Shown here: piece after piece, positions 9,757-19,546 of the stretch
Numbering within the stretch: the stretch's first letter is position 1
Layout: the number at the start of each line of letters is the position of its first letter
Origin: Candidatus Fervidifonticultor secundus
GTDB lineage: Bacteria; Sysuimicrobiota; Sysuimicrobiia; Sysuimicrobiales; Humicultoraceae
Assembly: GCA_031459385.1 (NCBI GenBank)
Contig: JAVKIP010000013.1
Coordinates: 19,353-83,352, forward strand
Reading direction: 5' to 3'
DNA: 64,000 bases
The notes under the pieces: generated by a model
Seen by the model: the letters and a program-made list of their open reading frames with translations, nothing else
What the model was told of the DNA's origin: nothing
The model's database searches: none
Position numbers and translations under genes: made by a program

Positions 9757-11022
9757 CTACGTCAGGAACGGCACGCGCTCGAACTCTCCGCCGAGGATCT
9801 GGTTCGGATCCGCGCCCAGCCACCGGTCCAGCAGCGTGGCGTAGACCGCGCGGAAGTCGACGTGGTGCTTGAGGTCGCCGTCGACCAGGTCGGTCAGGCC
9901 GGGGTGGCGGCCGTGCAGCCCCGGCCGGATCCGCCGGCCGAAAACGAACACGGGCGCGGCCGTGCCGTGGTCGGTGCCCGCGCTGCCGTTTTCGGCCACA
10001 CGCCGGCCGAACTCGGAGAAGGCCATGACCACCACGCGCTCGGCGTTGCCCTGCGCCTCCAGGTCGCGGTAGAACGCGTCGATGCCGGTGCTGAGCTGCT
10101 CCAGCAGTAGATCGTGGGCGCCTTGCTGGTTCGCGTGCGTGTCGAACCCGGTCATGTGGGCGTAGTAGACCCTGGTGGGCAGGCCGCCGGCGATCATCTG
10201 CGCGATCAGGCGCAGCTGGGCCGCAAACCGGTGGTTGGGGTAATCGATGCCGCCCTTGTACCTGCGCACGGCATCGCGCACCCGCTCACTGGCCAGCACG
10301 GCGTTCATGGCGGTGTGCCGGAGGAAGTCGATCGTCCCCGGCTCATTGGGCGCCGGCGCGTTCAGCGCGCGGAACAGCGCCAGTTCCTCGCGGGCGCCCG
10401 TGCCCTCCAGCGACGGCATCCATTGGAACGTCTCAGGTGTCTCCAGCGTCACGCCCTGGCCGCCGGCGGCCCGCATGGCCAGCGGGAGCGATGGGCCGAT
10501 GTTGACCCCTGCCGTAGGCTGCTCGCAGACGGGGCAGGCACTGTCGAAGTAGCGGCCGATCCAGCCCACGCGGATCGCGCGGCCGTCGGGGTCAGCCGTG
10601 TGCCAGATCTCCATAGACCGGAAGTGCGAGCGGCTGGGGTTCGGGTAGCCGACACCCTGGACAATGGCGACCGCGCCCCGATCGTAGAGCTCCTTGAACC
10701 TGGTCATCCGCGGGTGGAGCCCCACCTCGTCGTTCAGGCGGATGACCTGCTCGCGGGGAATCGCCAGACGGGGCCGCGCCCGGTAGTACGCGTCGTCACC
10801 GAAGGGCACAACGGTGTTCAGGCCGTCGTTGCCGCCGCCCATCTGCACCACGACCAGCACGTGGTCGTCCGGCACGCCGGGCGCGCTGGCCACCAGCGGT
10901 GTGTCCCACGGGTTGGTCATGGCCAGGGCGGTGCGCGTCAGGAACGACGGCGCGGTGGCCGTGGTGGCCACGATGGTGAGTCCCCTGTGGATGAACTCGC
11001 GGCGGGTCATGCCCTGGCTCAT
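9757..11022 (-). CDS. DUF1501 family protein (Tat signal)
   Basis: MTRREFI twin-arginine leader, GGNDGLNTVVP, SRSHFRSMEIW, GFDTHANQ, SEFGRRVAENGSAGTDHG, DFRAVYAT. Confidence 0.9.
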   Translation of the reverse strand: MSQGMTRREFIHRGLTIVATTATAPSFLTRTALAMTNPWDTPLVASAPGVPDDHVLVVVQMGGGNDGLNTVVPFGDDAYYRARPRLAIPREQVIRLNDEVGLHPRMTRFKELYDRGAVAIVQGVGYPNPSRSHFRSMEIWHTADPDGRAIRVGWIGRYFDSACPVCEQPTAGVNIGPSLPLAMRAAGGQGVTLETPETFQWMPSLEGTGAREELALFRALNAPAPNEPGTIDFLRHTAMNAVLASERVRDAVRRYKGGIDYPNHRFAAQLRLIAQMIAGGLPTRVYYAHMTGFDTHANQQGAHDLLLEQLSTGIDAFYRDLEAQGNAERVVVMAFSEFGRRVAENGSAGTDHGTAAPVFVFGRRIRPGLHGRHPGLTDLVDGDLKHHVDFRAVYATLLDRWLGADPNQILGGEFERVPFLT

Positions 11023-11033
11023 GGATGTGCTCC

Positions 11034-12506
11034 TCACGCAAGCTGGTACTCGGCACTGCTCATGAGCAGGTGCAGGGCGCTGCGCAGCCGCATCCCGCTG
11101 TCGGGCGCCCCGACGTCGAACGGCGCCTGCGGGTCCGACGCGCCCAGCGCCCGCACCAGCGCGGCCCGGCGCCCGGCGTCGAGCCCGCCGACCAGGGCAC
11201 CGGCCAGGCGGTCGACCACCTCGCTGGCGGTGCGCGCCCCCTCCACCAGGCGCATAACTGCTGCCGGCACCGGGGGGAGGTCGCGCTGACGCCGGGCGAT
11301 GCCCGGCGCCCCGCCGGTCAGCACCAGCGCCGAGAAGTTGTACCGCTGAAGGATGGTGGACGTGGTGATCCAGCGCTCGCCCTGCGGCCAGCCGCCCACG
11401 TTGGGCGGGGCGAAGAGCGCCTGCCCCATCAGGTCCATGGCGCGCAGCAGCTGCGGCGCGCGCGCGGGCTCGATCTCCAGCAGCCGGGCCGTGCCCACGA
11501 CCAGCTGTGCCGGGCTCTTGACCTGGGTGCGCATCGCCCGCGGCGAGTAGAACGCCTGCGAGGTCAGGATCGCCCGCACCAGCGGGCGGACCTCGAACGC
11601 GCTGCGGCGGAACAGATCGGCCATCTCCTCCACCAGGTGCTCCTCGGGCCGCAGGTAGCCGAAGTACTCGAACAGCCGGGTGGGCAGGCGCCGGGCGGTG
11701 GCCGGCTGCTCGAAGATGACATCGATGATGTCGGTGCCGTCGAGGTTGCCGGTGCGGCCCAGGAACGTCTTGGGGCCGTCGTCGTGCCAGGCGGGGTTGA
11801 AGACGAATTCGGGGAGGTACCCGCGGTGGGTCCAGCCCGTGAACGCCCGCGCCGCTTCCCTGACGTCCTGCTCGGTATAGTGGCCGATGCCCATCGTGAA
11901 CAGCTCCAGCAGCTCGCGGGCGTAGTTCTCGTTGGGCCTGCCCTTGCGGTTGCTGTCGTTGTCGAGGTACTGCAGCATGGCCGGGTCCCGGCTGATGGCC
12001 AGGACCAACGCCTTGAAGTTGCCCAGCGCCATGCGCCGGAACAGCTCGTTCTGCACGTAGAGGAACTCGGCGATGCGCGCGTCGGGATAGCCCGAGACGA
12101 GGAACCCGTGCCAGAACAGCACCATCTTCTCCTGCAGGGGCCGGCGCGTCTGGATCATGCGTGCCAGCCACCAGGCCCGCAGCTCCTGCAGCTTCTGCAC
12201 GTTGGCGCGCAGCGCTGCCTGGAATGCCTGGCGGCGCTCGGCCTCGGGCGCGCGACCGGCGCGCAAGCGAGCGACCTCCTCGAACAGCGCCCGCACGTCC
12301 GAGAAGTTCGGCGGCGGAAACTCCTCGGGGATCCGGTCGTAGTTCAGCAGTTCCTCCACCGCGGCCTCGGGACCCAGGCGGAGGACGTGGTCGACCTCTT
12401 CGGGGCGGCCGCCGAAGCCCGCGCGGTTGAGCAGGTGGGCCGCCTTGGCGCGGTCCCACCGATGCGACGTCGAGGGGACGAACCTGGCCAGGCTGTGCTC
12501 TGCCAT
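11034..12506 (-). CDS. DUF1800 family protein
   Basis: HLLNRAGFG, LQEKMVLFWHG, DPAMLQYLDN, PNENYARELLELFTMG, AARAFTGW, PPNVGGW, EYQL. Adjacent to DUF1501 as is usual. Confidence 0.9.
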   Translation of the reverse strand: MAEHSLARFVPSTSHRWDRAKAAHLLNRAGFGGRPEEVDHVLRLGPEAAVEELLNYDRIPEEFPPPNFSDVRALFEEVARLRAGRAPEAERRQAFQAALRANVQKLQELRAWWLARMIQTRRPLQEKMVLFWHGFLVSGYPDARIAEFLYVQNELFRRMALGNFKALVLAISRDPAMLQYLDNDSNRKGRPNENYARELLELFTMGIGHYTEQDVREAARAFTGWTHRGYLPEFVFNPAWHDDGPKTFLGRTGNLDGTDIIDVIFEQPATARRLPTRLFEYFGYLRPEEHLVEEMADLFRRSAFEVRPLVRAILTSQAFYSPRAMRTQVKSPAQLVVGTARLLEIEPARAPQLLRAMDLMGQALFAPPNVGGWPQGERWITTSTILQRYNFSALVLTGGAPGIARRQRDLPPVPAAVMRLVEGARTASEVVDRLAGALVGGLDAGRRAALVRALGASDPQAPFDVGAPDSGMRLRSALHLLMSSAEYQLA

Positions 12507-12729
12507 CCCGCTCACCGCGGCCGACGACTCCCGGCAGGGGTGCATCCTGTGCCCATCCAGCTTGACGGTCTGGCCGAGAGCACGGTTTAGCGTCGCAGTG
12601 ACGCACGGCGCCGCCGGCGGCTAGGGCACGTCCTCCCAGCGCGCCGGCTGGCTGCGTCTTGGAGATACGCCTGCACCTGCGCGAACTCCCGGGCCGTGTA
12701 CAGGCTGTCGCGCTTGCCGGCCAGGTCCG

Positions 12730-13099
12730 CGTCCCCCACGTAGGCGCCTGCGCCCAGAGCACGCCCCGGCCCGCGGTGGAGGCCCACCTGCATACCTGCG
12801 CCATACCGGGCAGAGCTTGCCGAGATGCGCGAGCCGCGGCTGCTTCGCCGGGGGCCGTCGCGCAGACGGCGTCGCCGCCGGGCCTGCGCGCGCGTGCCGG
12901 AGGCGGTGCGGACCGAGGCGCCCCGCCTCGCGCCGCAGCGTGGCCGGCCTGCCTGGCCGCCCAGGAGCGGGTCATGGCCCTGCTGGCCGCCCCGAAGGCC
13001 AGGAGCGCGGCGCTGACAGGTCAGGTACAGGCGAGCGCGCACTTTATGTACGATCCGTCTTCCGGCCGCGGTGCGCTGATCGTGAGCGGCGCCCGCTGA
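12730..13099 (+). pseudogene. decayed anti-sigma factor (zf-HC2/RskA-like) remnant
   Basis: Pieces in different frames: AVEAHLHTCA / RAELAEMRE / PPGLRAR / LLAAPKARSAALTG...MYDPSSGRGALIVSG. No intact start and truncated. Confidence 0.55.
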
Positions 13100-13144
13100 T
13101 CACGCCGGTGACCGCAGACTCCGGGCGCTGCCAGGCCGTGGCCA

Positions 13145-13441
13145 TCAGCGTCGAACAGGGGCCTCGGGGCGCGCCGCAGCCAGCGTCGTCGTCTGTCCTG
13201 GGGGGCTCGCTGAAGCCGCGCGCCCCTGCCAGAACGCCAGGGCGACCGCGCCCAAGCCCAGGGCCACCAGGAACAGACACAGGAAAATGCCGAAGTACAC
13301 CGGCGACCACCGCGTCTGACCCTATGGGCCCGTGCAGCTCCACGACGCCGCCGACGGCGCGGCCCGCGCCGGAGCCGCGGTCCACAGCCCGAGGGACAGC
13401 GCGCGGCTCACCACGGTCACGGCGCGAGCGGCTCTGCTCAT
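13145..13441 (-). pseudogene. small membrane protein gene interrupted by an in-frame TAG
   Basis: AGGAGG RBS and ATG 13441, signal-like N-terminus, TAG at 13322-13324 (codon 40), then in-frame TM segment VYFGIFLCLFLVALGLGAVALAFW and TGA at 13145. Confidence 0.4.
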
Positions 13442-13542
13442 CGTGGCACCTCCTGCTCCGGCCCCACCTTAGCACGCCAGTGGGGTGCCTGGCCGGCGCA
13501 GGAGTCGGCGGGCCGCAGCCGAAGGCTTCACAGGAACCGGTC

Positions 13543-14052
13543 ATGGCTACCACCCGCGCGCGTCCCGACCTCACGCCGCTGGACTGCGAGATCCGTCCCG
13601 CAACCGTCCGCGACGTGTCCGAGATCGTGGCTCTCTGGGGCGAACTCGCGCGCCTCCACGCCGGCCTGGACCCGGCATTCGCTCCGTCGGCACAGTGGCA
13701 GGACGAGTACCGCTACTTTCTCCGGTCGCTGTTGGGACGCGACGATGCCCTGGCGGTGGTCGCCGTCCGGGAGGCGCGCCTGATCGGCTATGCCGTCGGG
13801 CGCCTGACGGTGCTGCCCGGCTTCTTCGAGGAGCGGCGGCGCGGGTACATCCACGACGTGGTGACACGCCACGCGTACCGGCGGCGCGGTGTGGGACGTC
13901 GGCTCGTCCAGGCGCTGCTGGACTGGATGGCCGAGGCAGGTGTCCCTACCGTGGAGCTCACCGTCGCGGTGGGCAACGACGAGGCGATGGCATTCTGGGA
14001 GCGAATGGGATTCTCGCCCTACATGTTGCACTACAAGCGCGACCTGCGCTGA
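13543..14052 (+). CDS. GNAT family N-acetyltransferase
   Basis: IRPAT, YIHDVVTRHAYRRRGVGRRL (acetyl-CoA motif A), NDEAMAFWERMGF. Confidence 0.92.
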   Translation: MATTRARPDLTPLDCEIRPATVRDVSEIVALWGELARLHAGLDPAFAPSAQWQDEYRYFLRSLLGRDDALAVVAVREARLIGYAVGRLTVLPGFFEERRRGYIHDVVTRHAYRRRGVGRRLVQALLDWMAEAGVPTVELTVAVGNDEAMAFWERMGFSPYMLHYKRDLR

Positions 14053-14131
14053 CACAGGACCGCACCAGCGCGCCATGCGCACGCCATATCCCCACGAGGT
14101 CGACGCCCCGGGCGCCGGAGTCTGACCTGCG

Positions 14132-14719
14132 GTGTCCGCCCTCGGCTTCCTGCCCGCCCGCACGCGCCTGGTCCTCCTGTGCCGCGGCGCCATGGACTGG
14201 GCGCAGGCCGCCGGGGGCGAGCCGCCGCTGTCGGCCGCAGGTCTGGCCGCCGTCGAGCAGGCGGCTGCGACGCTGCCAGGGTTCGGGCAGATCGTCGCCA
14301 GCGCGCAGCGCGCCGCGCGGGAGACCGCGGAGGCACTCAGCGCCATCCGTGGCGTGCCCGTGTGGTGGCGCGACGATCTGGACGAGCTCCGCGCCACGCC
14401 TCCCCTCACCGACGCTGCCGCCTACGCGCAGTGGGTGGACAGCCTGTTCGACGCGGACGCGCCCGGCGGGGAGTCGCTCAGCGACGGCGCGCAGCGCCTG
14501 ACGCAGGCGCTCGTGGCGATCGGCGATCGCTTCTACGGCCGCTCCACCCTGGTGGTCAGCCATCCGGTGGTGCTGGCGGCCTTCCAGGCCGTCCGGCGGG
14601 GCGCGATGCCGGCCCGGGAAGACGTCACAGCGCTGCCCGACCTGGGCGCGGCGATCGTGGAGTACCTGGAGGGGCGCTTCTACTTGGTGCAGGACTTCCC
14701 GGTCCGGCGGAGAGCCTGA
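14132..14719 (+). CDS. histidine phosphatase superfamily protein, catalytic motif degenerate
   Basis: RLVLLCRG in place of RHG, PLSAAG, SAQRAARETAE, DLDEL, PGGESL, LVVSH. Confidence 0.75.
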   Translation: MSALGFLPARTRLVLLCRGAMDWAQAAGGEPPLSAAGLAAVEQAAATLPGFGQIVASAQRAARETAEALSAIRGVPVWWRDDLDELRATPPLTDAAAYAQWVDSLFDADAPGGESLSDGAQRLTQALVAIGDRFYGRSTLVVSHPVVLAAFQAVRRGAMPAREDVTALPDLGAAIVEYLEGRFYLVQDFPVRRRA

Positions 14720-14730
14720 GGGTTCTCGTG

Positions 14731-15723
14731 ATGGAGCTTCGAACGCCGACGGTAGCCGACGTGCTCGACGCCCGCCGGGCCATCGCCCCGCACCTGCGGC
14801 GCACGCCTGTCGTTACCTCGTCGCTGCTGGATCGGGTGCTGGGGTGTCACGCCTTCGTCAAGTGCGAGAGCGCCAACCCCACGCGCGCGTTCAAGGTACG
14901 GGGCGGGATCAACCTGATCTCGCGCCTGACAGACGACGAGCGGCGGCGCGGCGTGATCGCCTCTTCGACGGGCAACCACGGCCAGTCCGTCGCCTACGCA
15001 GCACGGCTGTTCGGCGTACCCGCCATCATCGGCGTCCCGCGCAATGCCAACCCCGTCAAGCTGGCGGCGATGCGCGACCTGGGTGCCGAGGTCGTCGAGG
15101 TCGGACGCGACTTCGACGAGGCACGCGAGTGGGTCGAGCGCACCGCCGCCGCCGAGGGCTACCGCTACATCCACTCGGCCAACGAGCCGCTCCTGATCGC
15201 CGGTGTGGCCACCATCAGCCTGGAGTTCCTGGAAGACGTTCCCGACCTGGACGTCATCGTGGTCCCCGTGGGCGCGGGCTCGGGCGCCTGCGGGCACTGC
15301 ATCGTCGCCAAGACGCTCAATCCCCAAATCGAGGTGATCGGCGTCCAGGCCACCGGCGCCCCGGCGGTGGCCCGGTCGTGGCGGGAGCGCCGGATGATTC
15401 CGACGGACGAGATCGCCACGAGGGCCGAAGGCCTGGCCAGCCGCGTCCCCTTCGAGCTGACGCTGCGCATCCTGTGGGAACGGCTGGACGACATGCTCCT
15501 GGTGACCGACGAGGAGATGGAGGAGGGGATTCGAATTCTCCTCGAAACGACCCGCCAGGTGGCCGAGCACGCCGGCGCGGCGCCCGTCGCGGCCGCCAGG
15601 CGCCTGCGGGATCGCCTCGCTGGCCGGAAGGTCGGGCTGATTCTCAGTGGCGCGAACATCACCCTGGACGCGCTGCGCGCGGTCCTCGCCTCGGCGTCGG
15701 ACGCGACGGCGCGGGCGCCGTGA
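14731..15723 (+). CDS. PLP-dependent threonine/serine dehydratase (fold type II, no ACT domain)
   Basis: RRTP, KCESANPTRAFKVRG (PLP Lys), SSTGNHGQ, VPVGAGSG, LSGAN. Confidence 0.92.
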   Translation: MELRTPTVADVLDARRAIAPHLRRTPVVTSSLLDRVLGCHAFVKCESANPTRAFKVRGGINLISRLTDDERRRGVIASSTGNHGQSVAYAARLFGVPAIIGVPRNANPVKLAAMRDLGAEVVEVGRDFDEAREWVERTAAAEGYRYIHSANEPLLIAGVATISLEFLEDVPDLDVIVVPVGAGSGACGHCIVAKTLNPQIEVIGVQATGAPAVARSWRERRMIPTDEIATRAEGLASRVPFELTLRILWERLDDMLLVTDEEMEEGIRILLETTRQVAEHAGAAPVAAARRLRDRLAGRKVGLILSGANITLDALRAVLASASDATARAP

Positions 15724-15753
15724 GATGTCGTGCAGGGAAAGGAGAGGAGATCG

Positions 15754-16737
15754 GTGACGAAGCGCGAGCGGGTGTATGCTGCGATCGACGGGAAGCCGGT
15801 CGACCGCCCCCCCGTGGCGCTGTGGCGGCACTTCCCGCAGGAGGACCACAAACCCGACCTGCTGGCGCAGGCCCACGTGGCCTTCTTCAAGGCCTACGAC
15901 TGGGACTTCCTGAAGATCACGCCGGCCTCGTCGTTCTACGGCGACGACTGGGGGCTGCGGTCAGTCTACCGCCCCAACCGCGAGGGCGTGCGCCACTACA
16001 CCGACCGGCCCATCAAGAAGGAGACCGACTGGCCCAAGCTCAAGCGGCTGGACGTGACCGCGGGCGCCCACGGCCGCGAGCTGCAGACGATCCGGCTGCT
16101 CCGCAGGGCGCTGCCCGACGAGATCTTGCTGGCCTCGGTGTTCAGCCCGCTGACCATCGCCCGCAGCCTGGCCGGCGAGACCGCGCTGCTGCGCTACCTG
16201 CGCGAGACCCCCGACGAGATGCACGAGGGGCTCGACATCATCGCCGAGGCCACCGGCCGGTTCGCCGAGGAGTGTCTGGCGGCCGGCGCCGACGGCATCT
16301 TCTTCGCCACCCAGTGCGCCTCCACAGGCTACATGACCATCGAGGAGTACGAGGAGTTCGGCCGGCCCTACGACCTGCGGGTGCTGGATGCAGCGCGGCA
16401 CGCCGAGATCATCCTGCTCCACATCCACGGCGAGCGGATCATGTTCGAGCAACTCACCGACTACCCGGTGAACGTCATCAACTGGCACGACCGCAAGACG
16501 CACCCGACGCTGGCCGAGGCCCGCGAACTCTACTCGGGCACCATCGCCGGTGGCGTCGACAGCATGGAGACGATCGGCGGCGCCGCGCCGGAGAAGGTCG
16601 CCGCCGAGGTCAAAGACGCCATCGCCCAGACCAGGGGGCACCGCCACATCGTCACCGCGGGATGCGTGATCCCCATCGACGCGCCCGAGGCCAACCTGCG
16701 GGCGGTGCGCCAGGCGGTGGAGGTCGTCCAGGCGTAG
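15754..16737 (+). CDS. uroporphyrinogen decarboxylase-like (URO-D/MetE superfamily) protein
   Basis: MTKRERV..DRPPVALWRHFP, FSPLT, GADGIFFATQ, LHIHG, GCVIP. Lacks the HemE RQAGR motif. AGGAG RBS before GTG. Confidence 0.8.
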   Translation: MTKRERVYAAIDGKPVDRPPVALWRHFPQEDHKPDLLAQAHVAFFKAYDWDFLKITPASSFYGDDWGLRSVYRPNREGVRHYTDRPIKKETDWPKLKRLDVTAGAHGRELQTIRLLRRALPDEILLASVFSPLTIARSLAGETALLRYLRETPDEMHEGLDIIAEATGRFAEECLAAGADGIFFATQCASTGYMTIEEYEEFGRPYDLRVLDAARHAEIILLHIHGERIMFEQLTDYPVNVINWHDRKTHPTLAEARELYSGTIAGGVDSMETIGGAAPEKVAAEVKDAIAQTRGHRHIVTAGCVIPIDAPEANLRAVRQAVEVVQA

Positions 16738-16935
16738 GCGCCGCCCCGGCACCATCGGTCCGCCCGACGGCCCGGCCCCCACTCGCCACCCCTGGGCGTT
16801 CGTCGCAGGTGGCGCCGCGCCCCAGGCATCCCGGCAGGAGTCGGCCTGGCTCCCGTGAACAAGCCGTCGATACCATCGTCAGCGCGCGCAGGCTGCTGGA
16901 CCGGCGAACTGAGCACCGTCGAAGGGGGGAGGGGG

Positions 16936-18525
16936 ATGTCGCAGGTCAATCGGCTCGCTGTGGATTTCTGGACCGGCAAGCTGTCGCGTCGGGCGTTCCT
17001 GGCCAGGGCCGCGGCCCTGGGCCTGTCGACCGGGGTCGTCGCCGAGGTGCTGGCGGGACGGCTGCCGCGCGCTGCGGCCGGGGCCGTGGAACCCCGACGC
17101 GGCGGCACGCTGCGCGTGGCCCTCGACGGAGAGATCGACACCATCGACCCGCACAAGTCGGTCACCATCGTCGGCTTCCAGGTCTACACGCAGATCTACG
17201 AGGGGCTGGTGCGGGCCAACCCGACGCTCGACGGCATGGTGCCGCTCCTGGCCGAACGCTGGGAGCAACCCAACCCGACGACGTACGTCTTCCACCTCCG
17301 CCGCGGCGTCCGGTTCCACAACGGCAAGGAGTTCAAGGCCGAGGACGTGGCGTTCACCTTCGAACGGGTGATGGACCAGCGTTTCGCCTCGCCGCGCCGG
17401 CCTGACTTCCTGCCGGTCAAGGCCCTCGAGGTGGTGAACGACTACGCGGTGCGCTTCGTCATGTCGGCCCCGTTTTCGCCGTTCATCTCCAAGCTCGAGA
17501 CGCTGCGCATCGTGCCGAAGCTGCCGGGCCACGACTTCGTCCGCCAGCCGATCGGCACCGGGCCGTTCCAGTTCGTCGAGTGGGTCTCGGGCCAGCATAT
17601 CACGCTGCGACGCAACAACGCCTACTGGCAGGAGAGCCTGCCCTACCTGGCCGGCGTCCAGTTCCGGCCGATCCCCGAGCCCGCCACGCGGGTGGTGGCG
17701 TTGCGCACCGGCGACGTAGACGTGCTCAACGCGGTGCCTTTGAAGGATGTCAGTACCCTGGAGCGCGACCCGAAGATCAAAGTCCACCGGCAGATGGGCG
17801 TGGTACGCGACCACCTGGGCTTCCACATGCAGCGGCCGCCGTTCCAGAACAACCCCAACCTGCGTCTGGCCCTGGCCTGGGCCGTCGACCGCAAGACCAT
17901 CGTGGACGACATCCTCTTCGGCCACGCGAAGCCCGCGATGGTGCCCATCCCGGAGAGCCACTGGGCGTTCAACCCCAAGGTGCGCGGGGCCCACGGCTAC
18001 GACCTGGACCGGGCCCGCCGCTACCTGGCCGAGGCCAACCCCAGGCCCAGCGAGATCAGCATCAAGGTCTCGCCGACCTATCCCGACCAGATCAAGATGG
18101 CCGAGCTGCTACAGGCCTCCCTGGCGCAGTTGGGCGTACGGCTCAACATCATCCAGCTCGAGTGGTCCACCTGGATCCGCGAGGTCGTCTCGCAGGGTAA
18201 CTACGAGGCGGAGATCGTGTTGATCTCCGGGGGCATCGATCCCGACGACTTCTTCTACCAGTGGCTGAAGTCGGGCCAGGTCTTCAACATCTGGCGCTAC
18301 GCGGACCCGCGGATGGACGACCTGCTGGACCGGGCACGCCTGGCCACCAGCCAGCGCGAACGGCAGGCGCTCTACCACCAGATTCAGGAGAAGCTGGTGG
18401 CCGATGCGCCCATGTCGCACATCGTCTACCGCGAGTCGGTGATGCCCGTGACGGCCGACCTGCGCGACTTCGTCATGACGGGCCGCTACGACATGGACTT
18501 CCGGCGCGTCTGGCTGGCCCGCTGA
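16936..18525 (+). CDS. peptide/nickel ABC transporter substrate-binding protein (family 5, Tat signal)
   Basis: SRRAFL leader, GGTLRVAL, LRRGVRFHNG, PIGTGPFQF. Confidence 0.93.
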   Translation: MSQVNRLAVDFWTGKLSRRAFLARAAALGLSTGVVAEVLAGRLPRAAAGAVEPRRGGTLRVALDGEIDTIDPHKSVTIVGFQVYTQIYEGLVRANPTLDGMVPLLAERWEQPNPTTYVFHLRRGVRFHNGKEFKAEDVAFTFERVMDQRFASPRRPDFLPVKALEVVNDYAVRFVMSAPFSPFISKLETLRIVPKLPGHDFVRQPIGTGPFQFVEWVSGQHITLRRNNAYWQESLPYLAGVQFRPIPEPATRVVALRTGDVDVLNAVPLKDVSTLERDPKIKVHRQMGVVRDHLGFHMQRPPFQNNPNLRLALAWAVDRKTIVDDILFGHAKPAMVPIPESHWAFNPKVRGAHGYDLDRARRYLAEANPRPSEISIKVSPTYPDQIKMAELLQASLAQLGVRLNIIQLEWSTWIREVVSQGNYEAEIVLISGGIDPDDFFYQWLKSGQVFNIWRYADPRMDDLLDRARLATSQRERQALYHQIQEKLVADAPMSHIVYRESVMPVTADLRDFVMTGRYDMDFRRVWLAR

Positions 18526-18546
18526 TGGCCTGCCGGCGCTGATCCG

Positions 18547-18575
18547 GGGGAGGAGGCCGCCGCGGCCTCCTCCCC
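18547..18575 (+). other. strong intercistronic hairpin between SBP and permease genes
   Basis: GGGGAGGAGGCCG-CCG-CGGCCTCCTCCCC, 13-bp stem with no U-tract. Probably an mRNA stability or stoichiometry element (inference). Confidence 0.55.
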
Positions 18576-18587
18576 GCGGTGCCTGTC

Positions 18588-19541
18588 GTGAGCCGCTACC
18601 TGGCGGGGCGCCTCTTCCACATGGTCCTGGTGCTGTTCGGGATCTCGGTGGTGGTCTTCGTCATGCTCAAGCTCACCCCCGGCGATCCCGCGGCCACCTT
18701 GCTCGGCGTGCAGGCCACACCCGAGGAGCTGGCCCGGGTGCGCCGCGCCATGGGCCTCGACCGGCCGTGGCTCGTCCAGTTCGGCCTGTGGCTGGGCCGG
18801 GTGCTCCAGGGCGACCTGGGGGTATCGTACATCAGCCGCAAGCCCGTCGCCGAGCTGATCCTCACCCGGTTTCCCGTCACCCTGGAGCTGACGGTGGTGG
18901 CCATGGTGCTGGCCGCGGCCATCGGCATTCCGGCCGGCGTGATCTCGGCGAGCCGGCGGTACACCGGCCTGGACTACTCCATCACCTCGCTGGCCCTGTT
19001 CGGCGTCAGCATGCCGTCGTTCTGGTTCGGCATCCTGCTCATCCTCCTGTTCTCGCTCTACCTGGGCTGGCTGCCGGCGTCGGGCTACGCGCCCGTCGCC
19101 CGCGGCCTCGGCGAGCACGTCAGGCACCTGGTGATGCCGGCGCTGTCGCTGGGCCTGTTTCTCTCCGGCAGCCTGGCGCGCTTCACCCGGTCGTCGATGG
19201 TGGAGACGCTGGCCCAGGACTACATCCGCACCGGAAGGGCCAAGGGGCTCGCCGAGCGCGTCGTGGTCTACCGGCACGCGCTGAAGAATGCCCTGATCCC
19301 CACGGCCACGGTCCTGGGACTGCAGTTCGGCTTCCTCATGGGCGGCGCCGTGATCATCGAGCAGGTCTTCGCGTACCCGGGCGTGGGCTGGCTGGTGCTC
19401 ATCGCGGTCGCCCAGCGGGACTACCCCGTCGTGCAGGGCGTGGTGCTGGTCGTGGCCGCGGTCTTCGCGCTGGCGAACCTGCTCGTGGACATCGCCTATA
19501 CCTGGCTGAACCCCAAGATCCGGTACGGGAGCGAGGGGTAG
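18588..19541 (+). CDS. peptide ABC transporter permease (DppB/OppB-like)
   Basis: PGDPA, GLDRP, GDLGVS, DYIRTGRAKGL, HALKNA, RDYPVVQG. Confidence 0.93.
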   Translation: MSRYLAGRLFHMVLVLFGISVVVFVMLKLTPGDPAATLLGVQATPEELARVRRAMGLDRPWLVQFGLWLGRVLQGDLGVSYISRKPVAELILTRFPVTLELTVVAMVLAAAIGIPAGVISASRRYTGLDYSITSLALFGVSMPSFWFGILLILLFSLYLGWLPASGYAPVARGLGEHVRHLVMPALSLGLFLSGSLARFTRSSMVETLAQDYIRTGRAKGLAERVVVYRHALKNALIPTATVLGLQFGFLMGGAVIIEQVFAYPGVGWLVLIAVAQRDYPVVQGVVLVVAAVFALANLLVDIAYTWLNPKIRYGSEG

Positions 19542-19546
19542 CGACG

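Noticed and set aside
13322..13324. Pyrrolysine or recoding read-through of the in-frame TAG
   Set aside because: No pyl genes are visible, and TAG is a normal stop in many genes here (for example 9757, 16737, 20449).
15754..16737. Calling this gene hemE
   Set aside because: The N-terminal RQAGR substrate-binding motif is absent and no hem genes are nearby.
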